Origin: a virus
Strand: one strand, 5' to 3'
DNA length: 41,630 bases
Virus record (IMG/VR): IMGVR_UViG_3300015265_000006
Span: 1-41,630 of that record
The notes under the pieces were generated by a model. That model searched no databases. It was not told the DNA's origin and was given only the letters and a program-made list of their open reading frames with translations. Below, in pieces: positions 1-8,037 of this stretch. A program made the position numbers and the translations under genes. The first letter of the stretch is position 1, and each line of letters begins with the position of its first letter.

Positions 1-123
1 CGCCACTACACCTTCCAAGAACTGCTCAACCGCATCGACCTCGAATACTGGCGCGTCGTTGAGCATGACGAGATGAACTACACCTTCATCCCAATCAAGT
101 ATTGGGGAGGCAACCCATGAAAC
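1..123. repeat. Terminal overlap copy 1 (identical to 41508-41630); circular closure of a 41,507-bp genome
   Basis: Hand alignment: nt 1-123 (cgccactacaccttccaagaac...caacccatgaaac) match nt 41508-41630 base for base. The match runs to both window edges and lies inside a small ORF. Confidence 0.9.
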
Positions 124-233
124 AACTCTTCTGGATTCTCGCCGCAGGCCTCTGCGTCCTGATGCTTCAGTACGGACTGTTCAAGGAGAACGGCGAGCCT
201 CGCGGTCTTCCTGTTGTGGCGGTGGTGAAATGA
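117..233 (+). CDS. Small hypothetical membrane protein (38 aa)
   Basis: ATG 117 overlaps the previous stop as ATGA and its own stop overlaps ATG 230 as ATGA. Hydrophobic core FWILAAGLCVLML. Below the ORF-track cutoff. Confidence 0.3.
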   Translation: MKQLFWILAAGLCVLMLQYGLFKENGEPRGLPVVAVVK

Positions 234-421
234 GAAAGACCAAAGAAATGATGGATGCCACGCACAAGCGGCATGAAAAAACGCAGATTGACCCCGTCGA
301 GCTTGGTGAGACAGATGCAGAGGCTCATGAAAATGTCGTCTGTGCTCGCTGCAAAGGCGACGGGCTTATATGGCATCGCATGAACTCAGTGTTCATCGAT
401 TGTCCGGACTGCTGCCCATGA
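230..421 (+). CDS. Small Cys-pair (zinc-ribbon-like) protein
   Basis: ORF track, 63 aa. Contains CARCKGDG...CPDCC (two CxxC pairs). ATGA coupling at both ends. Confidence 0.55.
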   Translation: MRKTKEMMDATHKRHEKTQIDPVELGETDAEAHENVVCARCKGDGLIWHRMNSVFIDCPDCCP

Positions 422-534
422 CCAACCAACAACGCGCCCGCCGCCTACTCCTCTGGCGCGGATCGTTCCCTGTACTCGCCATCTTCACCATCTGGATGCT
501 GGCCAGCGCCTACGTCGGTCAGCTCACTCAATAA
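418..534 (+). CDS. Small hypothetical membrane protein (38 aa)
   Basis: ATG 418 overlaps the stop at 419-421. Translation MTNQQRARRLLLWRGSFPVLAIFTIWMLASAYVGQLTQ has a basic N-terminus followed by a TM-like segment. Confidence 0.35.
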   Translation: MTNQQRARRLLLWRGSFPVLAIFTIWMLASAYVGQLTQ

Positions 535-543
535 GGAAGTCCC

Positions 544-1053
544 ATGCCACTCGATCCTCGGGCGAACGCCCCCGAGCGCATTGCTGCGCCAGCACCGCTG
601 CCACACGTCAGCCGCCGCGCACTCAAACGCGTGAAGAACCCAATCCCCGCGCCGACCTCTTGCCGCTACTGCGGCGATGACGTCCACCTGGTTTGCAACT
701 GTGAGATCTACAACGGCAGAACCTACGGCGACTGGCCGTATGCATATTTATGCCAAGGCTGTCGGGCTTATGTTGGTCTTCACCCGCAAACAGACATCCC
801 GCTCGGAACGCTGGCTGACGATAAGCTGCGCGCAACTAGAAATCGCAGCAAGAAAGCATTTCACGATTTCATGGAAAAGGCAGCGATGAGCAGGACAGCG
901 GCCTATCAATGGCTGGCCAAGCAGATGGGAATCGACGTCGGCGTTTGCCACTTCGGATGGTTTGACCACGAAGAGTGCGTATCCGCAGAGCGAATCGTCC
1001 AGAACGCCAGACCAAACACCGCAATGGCCCAAGCATTCGTAAAAGCCCAATAA
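544..1053 (+). CDS. Zinc-ribbon phage protein (DUF3268-like)
   Basis: ORF track, 169 aa. CRYCG...CQGCRAYVGLHPQTDIPLGTLADDKLR matches my recollection of the DUF3268 signature. AAGGA lies upstream of the ATG. Confidence 0.7.
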   Translation: MPLDPRANAPERIAAPAPLPHVSRRALKRVKNPIPAPTSCRYCGDDVHLVCNCEIYNGRTYGDWPYAYLCQGCRAYVGLHPQTDIPLGTLADDKLRATRNRSKKAFHDFMEKAAMSRTAAYQWLAKQMGIDVGVCHFGWFDHEECVSAERIVQNARPNTAMAQAFVKAQ

Positions 1054-1093
1054 CCCGAACTCACACGCCGCCTGCATGGCGGGGAGAACCGTC

Positions 1094-1840
1094 ATGTCTG
1101 CACAAAATCAAGGCGTTGTACCGCTGAAACCAAAAAACCTCTCAGCTCGCATGGCTGAGCGCTTCGGCGTTGACCCTGGCGAGATGCTGGCGACCCTCAA
1201 GGCCACAGCATTCAAAGGCAATGTGACCGATGCGCAGATGCAGGCGCTGATGATCGTAGCCGACCAGTACTGCCTGAATCCTTGGACGAAAGAGATCTAC
1301 GCCTTCCCGGACAAGGGCGGCATCGTCCCTGTCGTCGGCGTTGACGGATGGGCGCGGATCATCAACGAGAACCCGGCATTCGATGGCATGGAGTTCTCGA
1401 TGGACAAGGACGGCACCGAGTGCACCTGCAAGATCTACCGGAAGGACCGCGGCCACGCCATCAGCGCGACTGAGTACATGGCCGAATGCAAGCGAGGTAC
1501 GCAGCCGTGGCAGTCCCATCCGCGCCGCATGCTGCGCCACAAGGCAATGATCCAGTGCGCGCGACTGGCATTTGGGTTTGCCGGCATCTACGACCAAGAC
1601 GAGGCCGAGCGGATCGTCACCAGCGACGCTCCTGCGCCTTCTGCTGACGCTGGCCCAGCAATCGAAACCATCCGTAACGCTCAGTCGATGGAAGAGCTGC
1701 AAGCAGCATTCACGGCGGCGTGGAAGGATCTTCCAACCGAGCGCGCCGCACTCACCAAAGCAAAGGACGACCGCAAGAAGGAATTGTCCGAGCCGGTCGA
1801 CGCCCAGTTTGAGGAGGTGCCAGATGCAACAGGGGAGTGA
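1094..1840 (+). CDS. bet: Bet/Red-beta family single-strand annealing recombinase
   Basis: Long near-identical blocks to lambda Bet as I recall it (LNPWTKEIYAFPDK..IVPVVGVDGW.RIINEN, WQSHP.RMLRHKAMIQCARLAFGFAGIYD.DEAERIV). ATG 1094 follows GGGGAGA. The ORF opens at 1076. Confidence 0.9.
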   Translation: MSAQNQGVVPLKPKNLSARMAERFGVDPGEMLATLKATAFKGNVTDAQMQALMIVADQYCLNPWTKEIYAFPDKGGIVPVVGVDGWARIINENPAFDGMEFSMDKDGTECTCKIYRKDRGHAISATEYMAECKRGTQPWQSHPRRMLRHKAMIQCARLAFGFAGIYDQDEAERIVTSDAPAPSADAGPAIETIRNAQSMEELQAAFTAAWKDLPTERAALTKAKDDRKKELSEPVDAQFEEVPDATGE

Positions 1841-2453
1841 AGAGTGGATTCGCGCGCGCTTGGGGAAAGTAACAGCCAGCAAGGTCAAGGACGTGATGAC
1901 CAAGGGGCGCGGCAAGGAGCCATCTGCAACCCGGCGCAACTACATGATGGATCTGCTTTGTGAGCGCCTGACTGGCAACCAGAGCGGCCCCGACCTGTCG
2001 CGCAATATTGCGGTTCAGCGCGGCACCGAACTGGAGCCAGTGGCGCGCTCGGCCTACGAGATCGACAAGGGGCTGATGATTCAGGAAGTCGGCCTGATCG
2101 ACCACCCTGTTATCGCCGGGTTCGCAGCTTCCCCAGATGGGGTTGTAGGCACTGGCGGCCTGATCGAGATTAAATGCCCACTTACCGCAACCCACGTCGC
2201 AGTGATTCAGGCCGGGAAGCACGACAGCCAATATGAGTGGCAGATGCTCGCCCAGATGGCCTGTACCGGGCGTGCATGGGTCGATTTCGTCAGCTTCGAC
2301 GACCGCATGCCAGAAGAACTGCAGTACGCCTGCTTCCGGTTCGAGCGCGACGACAAGCGCATCGCCGAGATGGAAGCTGAGATCAAAGCCTTTCTGGAAG
2401 AACTGGCGGAACTGGAACAGGAAATGCGGGGCCGAATGAGAGGTGCAGCATGA
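1824..2453 (+). CDS. exo: YqaJ/lambda-Exo family 5'-3' exonuclease (PD-(D/E)XK)
   Basis: In-frame ATG 1824 after GAGGAGG, within ORF 1572..2453. Contains EEWIRARLGKVTASKV and SPDG...GLIEIKCP, and is paired with bet. Confidence 0.8.
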   Translation: MQQGSEEWIRARLGKVTASKVKDVMTKGRGKEPSATRRNYMMDLLCERLTGNQSGPDLSRNIAVQRGTELEPVARSAYEIDKGLMIQEVGLIDHPVIAGFAASPDGVVGTGGLIEIKCPLTATHVAVIQAGKHDSQYEWQMLAQMACTGRAWVDFVSFDDRMPEELQYACFRFERDDKRIAEMEAEIKAFLEELAELEQEMRGRMRGAA

Positions 2454-3094
2454 ACGCCTACATCAGCAGCGACATCAACATGGTCAAGGAGCTAGACCCG
2501 AAACGTCATGAGCTGGCCCTGCTGCAAGCGGACTGGCTTGAAAAAGGAGGGACTATTGAGGTGCTGGCCGGCCCGAGTTTCAAGCCGGCGCCGGTTCGAT
2601 ATGAGCCGCCGCCTACCAAGAAGGTGGTTAGGCAAGAAAAGATAGCGGCTACAGACACGCCATACATGGACAAGATCACCCGGCGCGACATGGAACGCGA
2701 GGAGCGAATCGCGCAACGGACCAAGGAAAAGGTCGACCATCTTGAGCGGATCCGAAAACTGTCCGAGACGATGACCTATGCGCAGGCCATTGAACAGACC
2801 GGGCTGACCAAGCGGCAACTTCAGCGTCTAGCAGTAGAAGGCGGATTCTACTTCCAGGCCGCCGAACATGGCAGCAACCCTCGCAAGGCGCGCCTGACCG
2901 AGGCGCAATGCGCAGCATATGCTGAAAGGCTCAAGTCGTTCAAAGAAATCGGCCTTACCCGCAACCAAGCAATGGGCAAGCTCGGCGTAACTTTCAAAAC
3001 CTTCAACAGGCTGCTTGAGCGATTCGCCATCGACTATCCGAAGTCTACAAGAGGGCCTCAACCGGCCTTCTTGCCGAAAACGCCGAAGCAGTAA
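2450..3094 (+). CDS. Hypothetical protein with HTH-like segments
   Basis: ORF track, 214 aa. ATGA overlap with the exo stop. No family recognised. Confidence 0.6.
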   Translation: MNAYISSDINMVKELDPKRHELALLQADWLEKGGTIEVLAGPSFKPAPVRYEPPPTKKVVRQEKIAATDTPYMDKITRRDMEREERIAQRTKEKVDHLERIRKLSETMTYAQAIEQTGLTKRQLQRLAVEGGFYFQAAEHGSNPRKARLTEAQCAAYAERLKSFKEIGLTRNQAMGKLGVTFKTFNRLLERFAIDYPKSTRGPQPAFLPKTPKQ

Positions 3095-3111
3095 ATCAAA
3101 CTGGAGTAAAC

Positions 3112-3936
3112 ATGAATGAGTTGGCTCTTTTCGCTGGCGTTGGTGGAGGAATACTCGGCGGCCACCTCTTGGGATGGCGCACCATCTGCGCCGTTGAGCG
3201 TGATGCCTACGCAGCACAAGTTCTGGCGCAACGACAAAACGATGGACTCCTCGAAACTTTCCCAATTTGGTCTGATGTGTGCAGTTTTGACGGAAGACCA
3301 TGGCGAGGCCTTGTTGACGTGGTTTCGGGCGGATTCCCGTGTCAGGACATATCGGCTGCCGGGAATGGTGCCGGCATTGATGGCGCCAGATCAGGGTTGT
3401 GGCGAGAAATGGGCAGAATCATCGGCGAGGTACTGCCTGAGCTCGTCTACTTGGAAAACTCACCAATGCTTGTGGGAAGAGGACTTGCCCTGGTCCTCGG
3501 TGATCTTGCCGAAATGGGGTATGACGCGCAGTGGTGCATTGTTTCAGCATCCGACGTTGGAGCGCCCCATCAGCGCGACAGGATCTGGCTTGTTGCCACG
3601 CCACTGGCAGGGGACAGCCGGAGGGGGGGATTGCCTCTCGGAGCGGATGCGACGATCGCCAAGCCTAGTGTCGGCACAGAGAAATTGGCCAACACCAGTT
3701 GCAAGCATGGCGAAGGGATCATCGCCAGCAGCGCTGACAAGGAAGTCCGGAGCGGACAGGTCAAACGATCGGCTAGACCATGCGGTGATGGCTTCGGACG
3801 GTGGGCAGCTGAACCCGGAATGGGTCGAGTGGTTAATGGACTTCCCCATCGGGTGGACAGAATTAAAGCCCTTGGCAACGCTCAAGTTCCGCGAGTGGCA
3901 GCAACAGCATTCACCATCCTCTCGATCGACGACTGA
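3112..3936 (+). CDS. dcm: DNA (cytosine-5)-methyltransferase
   Basis: Motifs seen: I FAGVGG (3130-3147), IV GFPCQ (PCQ 3337-3345), VI ENS (3454-3462), VIII QRDR (3571-3582) and X GNAQVP (3874-3891). GGAG lies 5 nt upstream of the ATG. Confidence 0.9.
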   Translation: MNELALFAGVGGGILGGHLLGWRTICAVERDAYAAQVLAQRQNDGLLETFPIWSDVCSFDGRPWRGLVDVVSGGFPCQDISAAGNGAGIDGARSGLWREMGRIIGEVLPELVYLENSPMLVGRGLALVLGDLAEMGYDAQWCIVSASDVGAPHQRDRIWLVATPLAGDSRRGGLPLGADATIAKPSVGTEKLANTSCKHGEGIIASSADKEVRSGQVKRSARPCGDGFGRWAAEPGMGRVVNGLPHRVDRIKALGNAQVPRVAATAFTILSIDD

Positions 3937-3946
3937 CGCCGCATAA
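3116..3946 (+). CDS. Fully overlapping +1-frame ORF (276 aa) with WPTP and LNPEWVEWLMDFPIGWT motifs
   Basis: ORF track. ATG 3116 is 4 nt after the dcm ATG and shares its SD. No stop for 276 codons, and it ends 10 nt after the dcm stop. The motifs resemble phage methylase-associated proteins from memory only. See findings. Confidence 0.45.
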   Translation: MSWLFSLALVEEYSAATSWDGAPSAPLSVMPTQHKFWRNDKTMDSSKLSQFGLMCAVLTEDHGEALLTWFRADSRVRTYRLPGMVPALMAPDQGCGEKWAESSARYCLSSSTWKTHQCLWEEDLPWSSVILPKWGMTRSGALFQHPTLERPISATGSGLLPRHWQGTAGGGDCLSERMRRSPSLVSAQRNWPTPVASMAKGSSPAALTRKSGADRSNDRLDHAVMASDGGQLNPEWVEWLMDFPIGWTELKPLATLKFREWQQQHSPSSRSTTDAA

Positions 3947-3988
3947 CAACTCCTTCCCTTTCAAAACCTCACCCATCCGGGAGGCCTT

Positions 3989-4150
3989 ATGTCATCCAAA
4001 GGAAGGCTCAGCGCCGGCTATTTGGAGTTGCACTACGGCTGCGAGATATGCGGCCGCCCGCGCACCAAAGGCAACCACGAACGCTGCTCGAAAGCACGCC
4101 AGCAAGAACACGCTAGGAGGAATAGCCATGACCACGAAACTGTCGCCTGA
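3989..4150 (+). CDS. Small hypothetical Cys/His protein (53 aa)
   Basis: GGGAGG lies 4 nt upstream of ATG 3989. Translation MSSKGRLSAGYLELHYGCEICGRPRTKGNHERCSK... Overlaps the next gene by 23 nt. Below the ORF-track cutoff. Confidence 0.3.
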   Translation: MSSKGRLSAGYLELHYGCEICGRPRTKGNHERCSKARQQEHARRNSHDHETVA

Positions 4151-4430
4151 CTCGATCGGGCTGATTTTCACGATGCACGCAGCCGGGCACCCTGCAGAAA
4201 ACATCGCTGATGCGGCCGGCTGCGCGTACTCGACGGTTATCCGCTACCTGAATGCGGCTGGGATCAAGTTGGGGAACAAGGGCAAGCCGCGCCAGTGCAC
4301 TGAGCAGTACCTCTCGATGGCGCAGAACATGCGCGCCAATGGCTCGACTTGGTACGAGGTGGAGCGGCACATCGGCTTCCACCGCTCAACGTTCCATGCG
4401 CGGCTCAGGGCCGAGAGGGCTTCGACATGA
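4128..4430 (+). CDS. Hypothetical HTH DNA-binding protein
   Basis: ORF track, 100 aa. HTH-like ENIADAAGCAYSTVIRYL. AGGAGG lies upstream. Confidence 0.6.
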   Translation: MTTKLSPDSIGLIFTMHAAGHPAENIADAAGCAYSTVIRYLNAAGIKLGNKGKPRQCTEQYLSMAQNMRANGSTWYEVERHIGFHRSTFHARLRAERAST

Positions 4431-4494
4431 TCATCAAGTACGGACTGCTCTGCATCGTCACCTTCTGGCTTCCGCTGGGCTATTGGATCCTGTC

Positions 4495-4725
4495 ATGAGC
4501 GGCTGGATTGATTGCTGCGAAAGGATGCCAGAGGTCAATTTGAACGGCCCAAAGTACGCACAGCGCGTTCGGGTGATTGCCGGCAACTCCCGATACGTCG
4601 GCGAACTTGAGTACGGCACCAACGCCTACGCAGGCCGCGCTGACCTCCACTGGCAGCAGTCAAACGGCCGCGAATCTGTCTGGACGCCAACCCACTGGCA
4701 ACCGCTCCCGGAGTGCCCGAGATGA
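4495..4725 (+). CDS. DUF551-like protein
   Basis: In-frame ATG 4495 within ORF 4252..4725, ATGA-coupled to a 23-aa micro-ORF (4427-4498). WIDCCERMPE...THWQPLPECP is the DUF551-type pattern. Confidence 0.6.
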   Translation: MSGWIDCCERMPEVNLNGPKYAQRVRVIAGNSRYVGELEYGTNAYAGRADLHWQQSNGRESVWTPTHWQPLPECPR

Positions 4726-4804
4726 CCCCTCAAACACTGTGCGCAATCTTCTTAGGTCTGGCCTGCCACGGTCTTCCGCAACTTATTCAATGGGGTATTG
4801 AAAA

Positions 4805-5323
4805 ATGGATGATGTGAAGCGTTACGGGATGAGCGGCTTTGGTGGCGGCATGATTGAAATGGACGATGGGCGGTTTGTTGAATCCGATGACTTCGACGCC
4901 CAACGCCTGCGCGCCGATACGGCTGAGGCTGAGCGGGATAAGTACCGCAAAGTGAACGATTCGCTTATGGCGCGGAATCTCGAATTGCAGGCCGCCGAGC
5001 AGCGCAATGCGGAGCTAACCGCCCTGCTGCGTGAAGGTATCGATGCTGTGGAAAGGCTCAGTACGACGCCTAAAGAATACAACCAAGAGCAATGGGTGGA
5101 TTTGCACGCATGGACTTCCAATGCTGACGCCGCCCTCAACCCCAAACCCGAGGCAGGAAGTCAATCGGACTACCTAGAGTCATGTAAAGCTGCCGAGAGG
5201 GCGTTAAGCCTTGAAAACCAGCGCATCCTTCCGGCGCGATTCAAGTGTTTGGCCTGCGGTGAATACCACGAAGGGTCGGGGAATCTGCCTTGCCCTAAAA
5301 CCATTCCCTACGCAGGTATCTGA
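4805..5323 (+). CDS. Hypothetical coiled-coil protein
   Basis: ORF track, 172 aa. Heptad-like central region with a C-terminal CLACG...CP. Confidence 0.6.
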   Translation: MDDVKRYGMSGFGGGMIEMDDGRFVESDDFDAQRLRADTAEAERDKYRKVNDSLMARNLELQAAEQRNAELTALLREGIDAVERLSTTPKEYNQEQWVDLHAWTSNADAALNPKPEAGSQSDYLESCKAAERALSLENQRILPARFKCLACGEYHEGSGNLPCPKTIPYAGI

Positions 5324-5325
5324 CC

Positions 5326-5586
5326 ATGACCAATAACCCAACGACCGGCCCAGCTGACGATGAATGCGATCACAGCTACGCCAACAACATCGGCTGTCCA
5401 GAATGCGGTGAGCTGATGCAAAAGTCATGTGCATGCCCTGGCTGCGAAAAGCCGCGTAAAGGCGGATCACTCTTTTGTCCGCCGCACCAGCATTCGGATA
5501 GCCGGTTGCGCTTCATTGCGAAGACGCCAAGCCCGACCAATGTGCAGCTTGCTTACATGATGCAGCGCGATGGAGAACAGCAATGA
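5326..5586 (+). CDS. Hypothetical Cys-rich protein
   Basis: ORF track, 86 aa. Contains CPECG...CACPGC. Shares its first 19 nt with the next gene. Confidence 0.55.
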   Translation: MTNNPTTGPADDECDHSYANNIGCPECGELMQKSCACPGCEKPRKGGSLFCPPHQHSDSRLRFIAKTPSPTNVQLAYMMQRDGEQQ

Positions 5587-6326
5587 CCAATAACCCAACG
5601 ATTGACGGCGTGTCGCTGGAGTTGCTTGCAAACTTCATCGAATACAGCGCGCCTATCAGCAGCACAGACCAGCAGTGGCACAGGGACAAACAGGCATTGC
5701 GCGCCCTGCTGGATGCCCCTGTCGTCGAGCGCCGGCCAGTGGACGACCCGCTGAGTCAAGGTTTTTACACCACACAGTCCGGTGGCGGTCATTACTCGAT
5801 CAACATCGGGTTCCGCACTTTGGCTGAAATGCAGGCCGCCGATAAGCAACTGCTCGACGTATTGCGTGATCGCTCCGAAGTCGCCGCCCTGCAATCCACC
5901 ATCGCCCAGCTACAGGCGCGCATCGCTGAGCTGAAGGGTGGGCAGGGTGAGCCGGTGGCGTATGCTGACCCGATAGCATTTGAAAACTTCAAGAATCACG
6001 CGCACAAGGGCGGTCACTGGGATCATGAGTGGATGTGGGCTAAACCTGATTCAAGAATGGTGCCGCTGTTCACCGCCCCGCCAGCGCCGGTCGCGGTAGT
6101 TCTTCCTCCGTTTGCCGAAAAGGTCATCAGCAAGTTGCGCCGATGCGAAGAGTGCTTCAGTGACTTTGAATCCTGCGGCGTAGACATCGGCCGGCATTGG
6201 CTGGACTTGCTGACGCAGCTCGGCCTGCTCAATCGAGTGCAGCGCAGCCCTGCAATGTGGGGAATCACTCAACAGGGCGAAGACTGCCTCGACGCCACCG
6301 CTGCGCCGAATGAGGTGCGGAAATGA
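5583..6326 (+). CDS. Hypothetical protein
   Basis: ORF track, 247 aa. ATGA overlap with the upstream stop. Confidence 0.6.
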   Translation: MTNNPTIDGVSLELLANFIEYSAPISSTDQQWHRDKQALRALLDAPVVERRPVDDPLSQGFYTTQSGGGHYSINIGFRTLAEMQAADKQLLDVLRDRSEVAALQSTIAQLQARIAELKGGQGEPVAYADPIAFENFKNHAHKGGHWDHEWMWAKPDSRMVPLFTAPPAPVAVVLPPFAEKVISKLRRCEECFSDFESCGVDIGRHWLDLLTQLGLLNRVQRSPAMWGITQQGEDCLDATAAPNEVRK

Positions 6327-6371
6327 TCGCCCTCACCTGGTTCTACTTCGTCTACGTCCGCTGAGGCTCCG

Positions 6372-6533
6372 ATGAATTATCAGCCCAAGGGCGGCATGTG
6401 CGCGGCATGTGTTCATGCTCACCGCAACTGCAGCAAACTACCCTTCAGCACCATGCCGCCGCTATCCCGCGACGAACAGACCGTCATCGTTCGCTGCACT
6501 GACTTTCAGCGCCGCGCACAGCCTCAGTTGTAA
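6372..6533 (+). CDS. Small hypothetical protein (53 aa)
   Basis: ATG 6372 follows GAGG. Translation MNYQPKGGMCAACVHAHRNCSKLPFSTMPPLSRDEQTVIVRCTDFQRRAQPQL. Below the ORF-track cutoff. Confidence 0.35.
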   Translation: MNYQPKGGMCAACVHAHRNCSKLPFSTMPPLSRDEQTVIVRCTDFQRRAQPQL

Positions 6534-6585
6534 ACCCCTAGTTGACTACTTACTGCTTGCGATTTGTCGCGAGCGAGGAATCCCC

Positions 6586-6879
6586 GTGTCTGACTTACAA
6601 GTTATGGCGGCCGAGGCTGCACTAAAAAAGATGGTGGACAGCTCGCATTTCAGCATCTGCACGCTCGACAAAATCATCGAAATGATGGGTGTGAAGCCAG
6701 ACAGAGAGGCGTACAGAATCCTGAGCACCTTGCATTGCGTCGACTACAACCAAATGCGGCCAGAGCTTCTGCAAGCGCTGCCCGACCTGATCGCCACGGT
6801 ACTGCGCTCACCTTCGCTTGAGGCTAGCCGCATCAATATCGTGTCGGACGGTAAAGCCCTGCGAATCATCAAACACTAA
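6586..6879 (+). CDS. Hypothetical protein (start uncertain: GTG 6586 or ATG 6604)
   Basis: 3' part of ORF 6409..6879. GAGGAA lies upstream of GTG 6586. The 5' part of the ORF overlaps the 6372 ORF. Confidence 0.45.
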   Translation: MSDLQVMAAEAALKKMVDSSHFSICTLDKIIEMMGVKPDREAYRILSTLHCVDYNQMRPELLQALPDLIATVLRSPSLEASRINIVSDGKALRIIKH

Positions 6880-6921
6880 CCGCCCCCCCTGCTTGCCGCC
6901 CCGCGCGGCCGGAGCATCGCC

Positions 6922-7128
6922 ATGTCTCATATCGAAGAAAGAGAGGGCCGCCTATATGCGGTAGCAATGCTTGCATCTGCCGTTCACCTGCCGCGCTGCA
7001 TGTTTGATGAGCGCGGCCCAGTTGAAACGATGGCCTGCAATCTAGAACTCGCTGCTCAGGTAAGGCCGGCTGACTACGCCAAGGGGATCAATCAGGTATT
7101 GGAGGTAGTGCGCCATGGCAGCATATGA
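6922..7128 (+). CDS. Hypothetical protein
   Basis: ORF track, 68 aa. Part of the same-strand early gene array. Confidence 0.5.
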   Translation: MSHIEEREGRLYAVAMLASAVHLPRCMFDERGPVETMACNLELAAQVRPADYAKGINQVLEVVRHGSI

Positions 7129-7327
7129 CATTCACGCACAGAACGCCGATGGTAGCCCGGGCAAGCTGCTCGACGTCATCGACCGCGTACCAGAACACCG
7201 CAAGGCCGGCCAGTTCGTCGAGTTCGACGGCGAGATGCACAAGGTCATGACGGGGATTCGCAATTTCATCATCGTCACCCAAGAGCGCTGGGCGCGGGTG
7301 GCGGCTGCTAGCTGGAGTAAATCATGA
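7115..7327 (+). CDS. Hypothetical protein
   Basis: ORF track, 70 aa. Stop overlaps the next start (ATGA). Confidence 0.5.
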   Translation: MAAYDIHAQNADGSPGKLLDVIDRVPEHRKAGQFVEFDGEMHKVMTGIRNFIIVTQERWARVAAASWSKS

Positions 7328-7587
7328 GCGACAAGATGCGGGAAGAGTTTGAGGCGTTTGCTTGTGCGCGGACTGGTGGGACTGCAGAGGAGATTGCTGC
7401 TGAGCGCCGAGAGGATTCTTACCAGGATGGCGACCTGGCTACAGGATGGTTTGTATGGAAAGCCTCCCGCGAATCGCTGGTGATACCTTCAAACTTTTGC
7501 GTCTACAAGTTTGAAGGCTGCCAATACTACGACGCCGATTCAGTTGATGAAGCCCTTGAAGATCTGGGCCTGAAGGTGAAGTCATGA
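7324..7587 (+). CDS. Hypothetical protein
   Basis: ORF track, 87 aa. ATGA coupling at both ends. Confidence 0.55.
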   Translation: MSDKMREEFEAFACARTGGTAEEIAAERREDSYQDGDLATGWFVWKASRESLVIPSNFCVYKFEGCQYYDADSVDEALEDLGLKVKS

Positions 7588-8036
7588 GCGACTTGATTTG
7601 CAGGAAAACGATGCGCCGCTGCGATACCTCGGGGATGTGTTCGCCATACGGCGGCTGCCAAGCACCGCAGAGTGACCAAGACCGCAAGATCATCGCCCTA
7701 GAAGCAACAGTCGCCCAGCAGGCCAAGATGATCGAGCACCTGCGCGGCGGCCCTACTCCGCTCTACACCGCCGTAGACATGGCCAATGCGGCGCGGGACG
7801 GGTTCAGGGATGGGGCGGCGAGTTACAAAGCCGAGAACGAGGCGCTGCGCTCGAAACTTGCCACCGTGCACTTCGTCTGCGATCAACTGCCGGGCCCGGA
7901 TGGCTGCCGATTCATCGAGCTGGAGAACCCGCAGGGCGAAAGTCTCGGCGATGAATCTGGTAAGTGGGAGATTCGCCAGGATGGTCTGGCTCAGCTGGTA
8001 GTGACGATCGGCGGCGCCATGAGCAAGGAGGGTTGA
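7584..8036 (+). CDS. Hypothetical protein
   Basis: ORF track, 150 aa. Cys-rich N-terminus and a coiled-coil middle. Confidence 0.55.
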   Translation: MSDLICRKTMRRCDTSGMCSPYGGCQAPQSDQDRKIIALEATVAQQAKMIEHLRGGPTPLYTAVDMANAARDGFRDGAASYKAENEALRSKLATVHFVCDQLPGPDGCRFIELENPQGESLGDESGKWEIRQDGLAQLVVTIGGAMSKEG

Positions 8037-8037
8037 G

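Noticed and set aside
1142-1939. 265-aa minus-strand ORF
   Set aside because: It is antisense to bet, whose identity is unambiguous. This is an artefact ORF.
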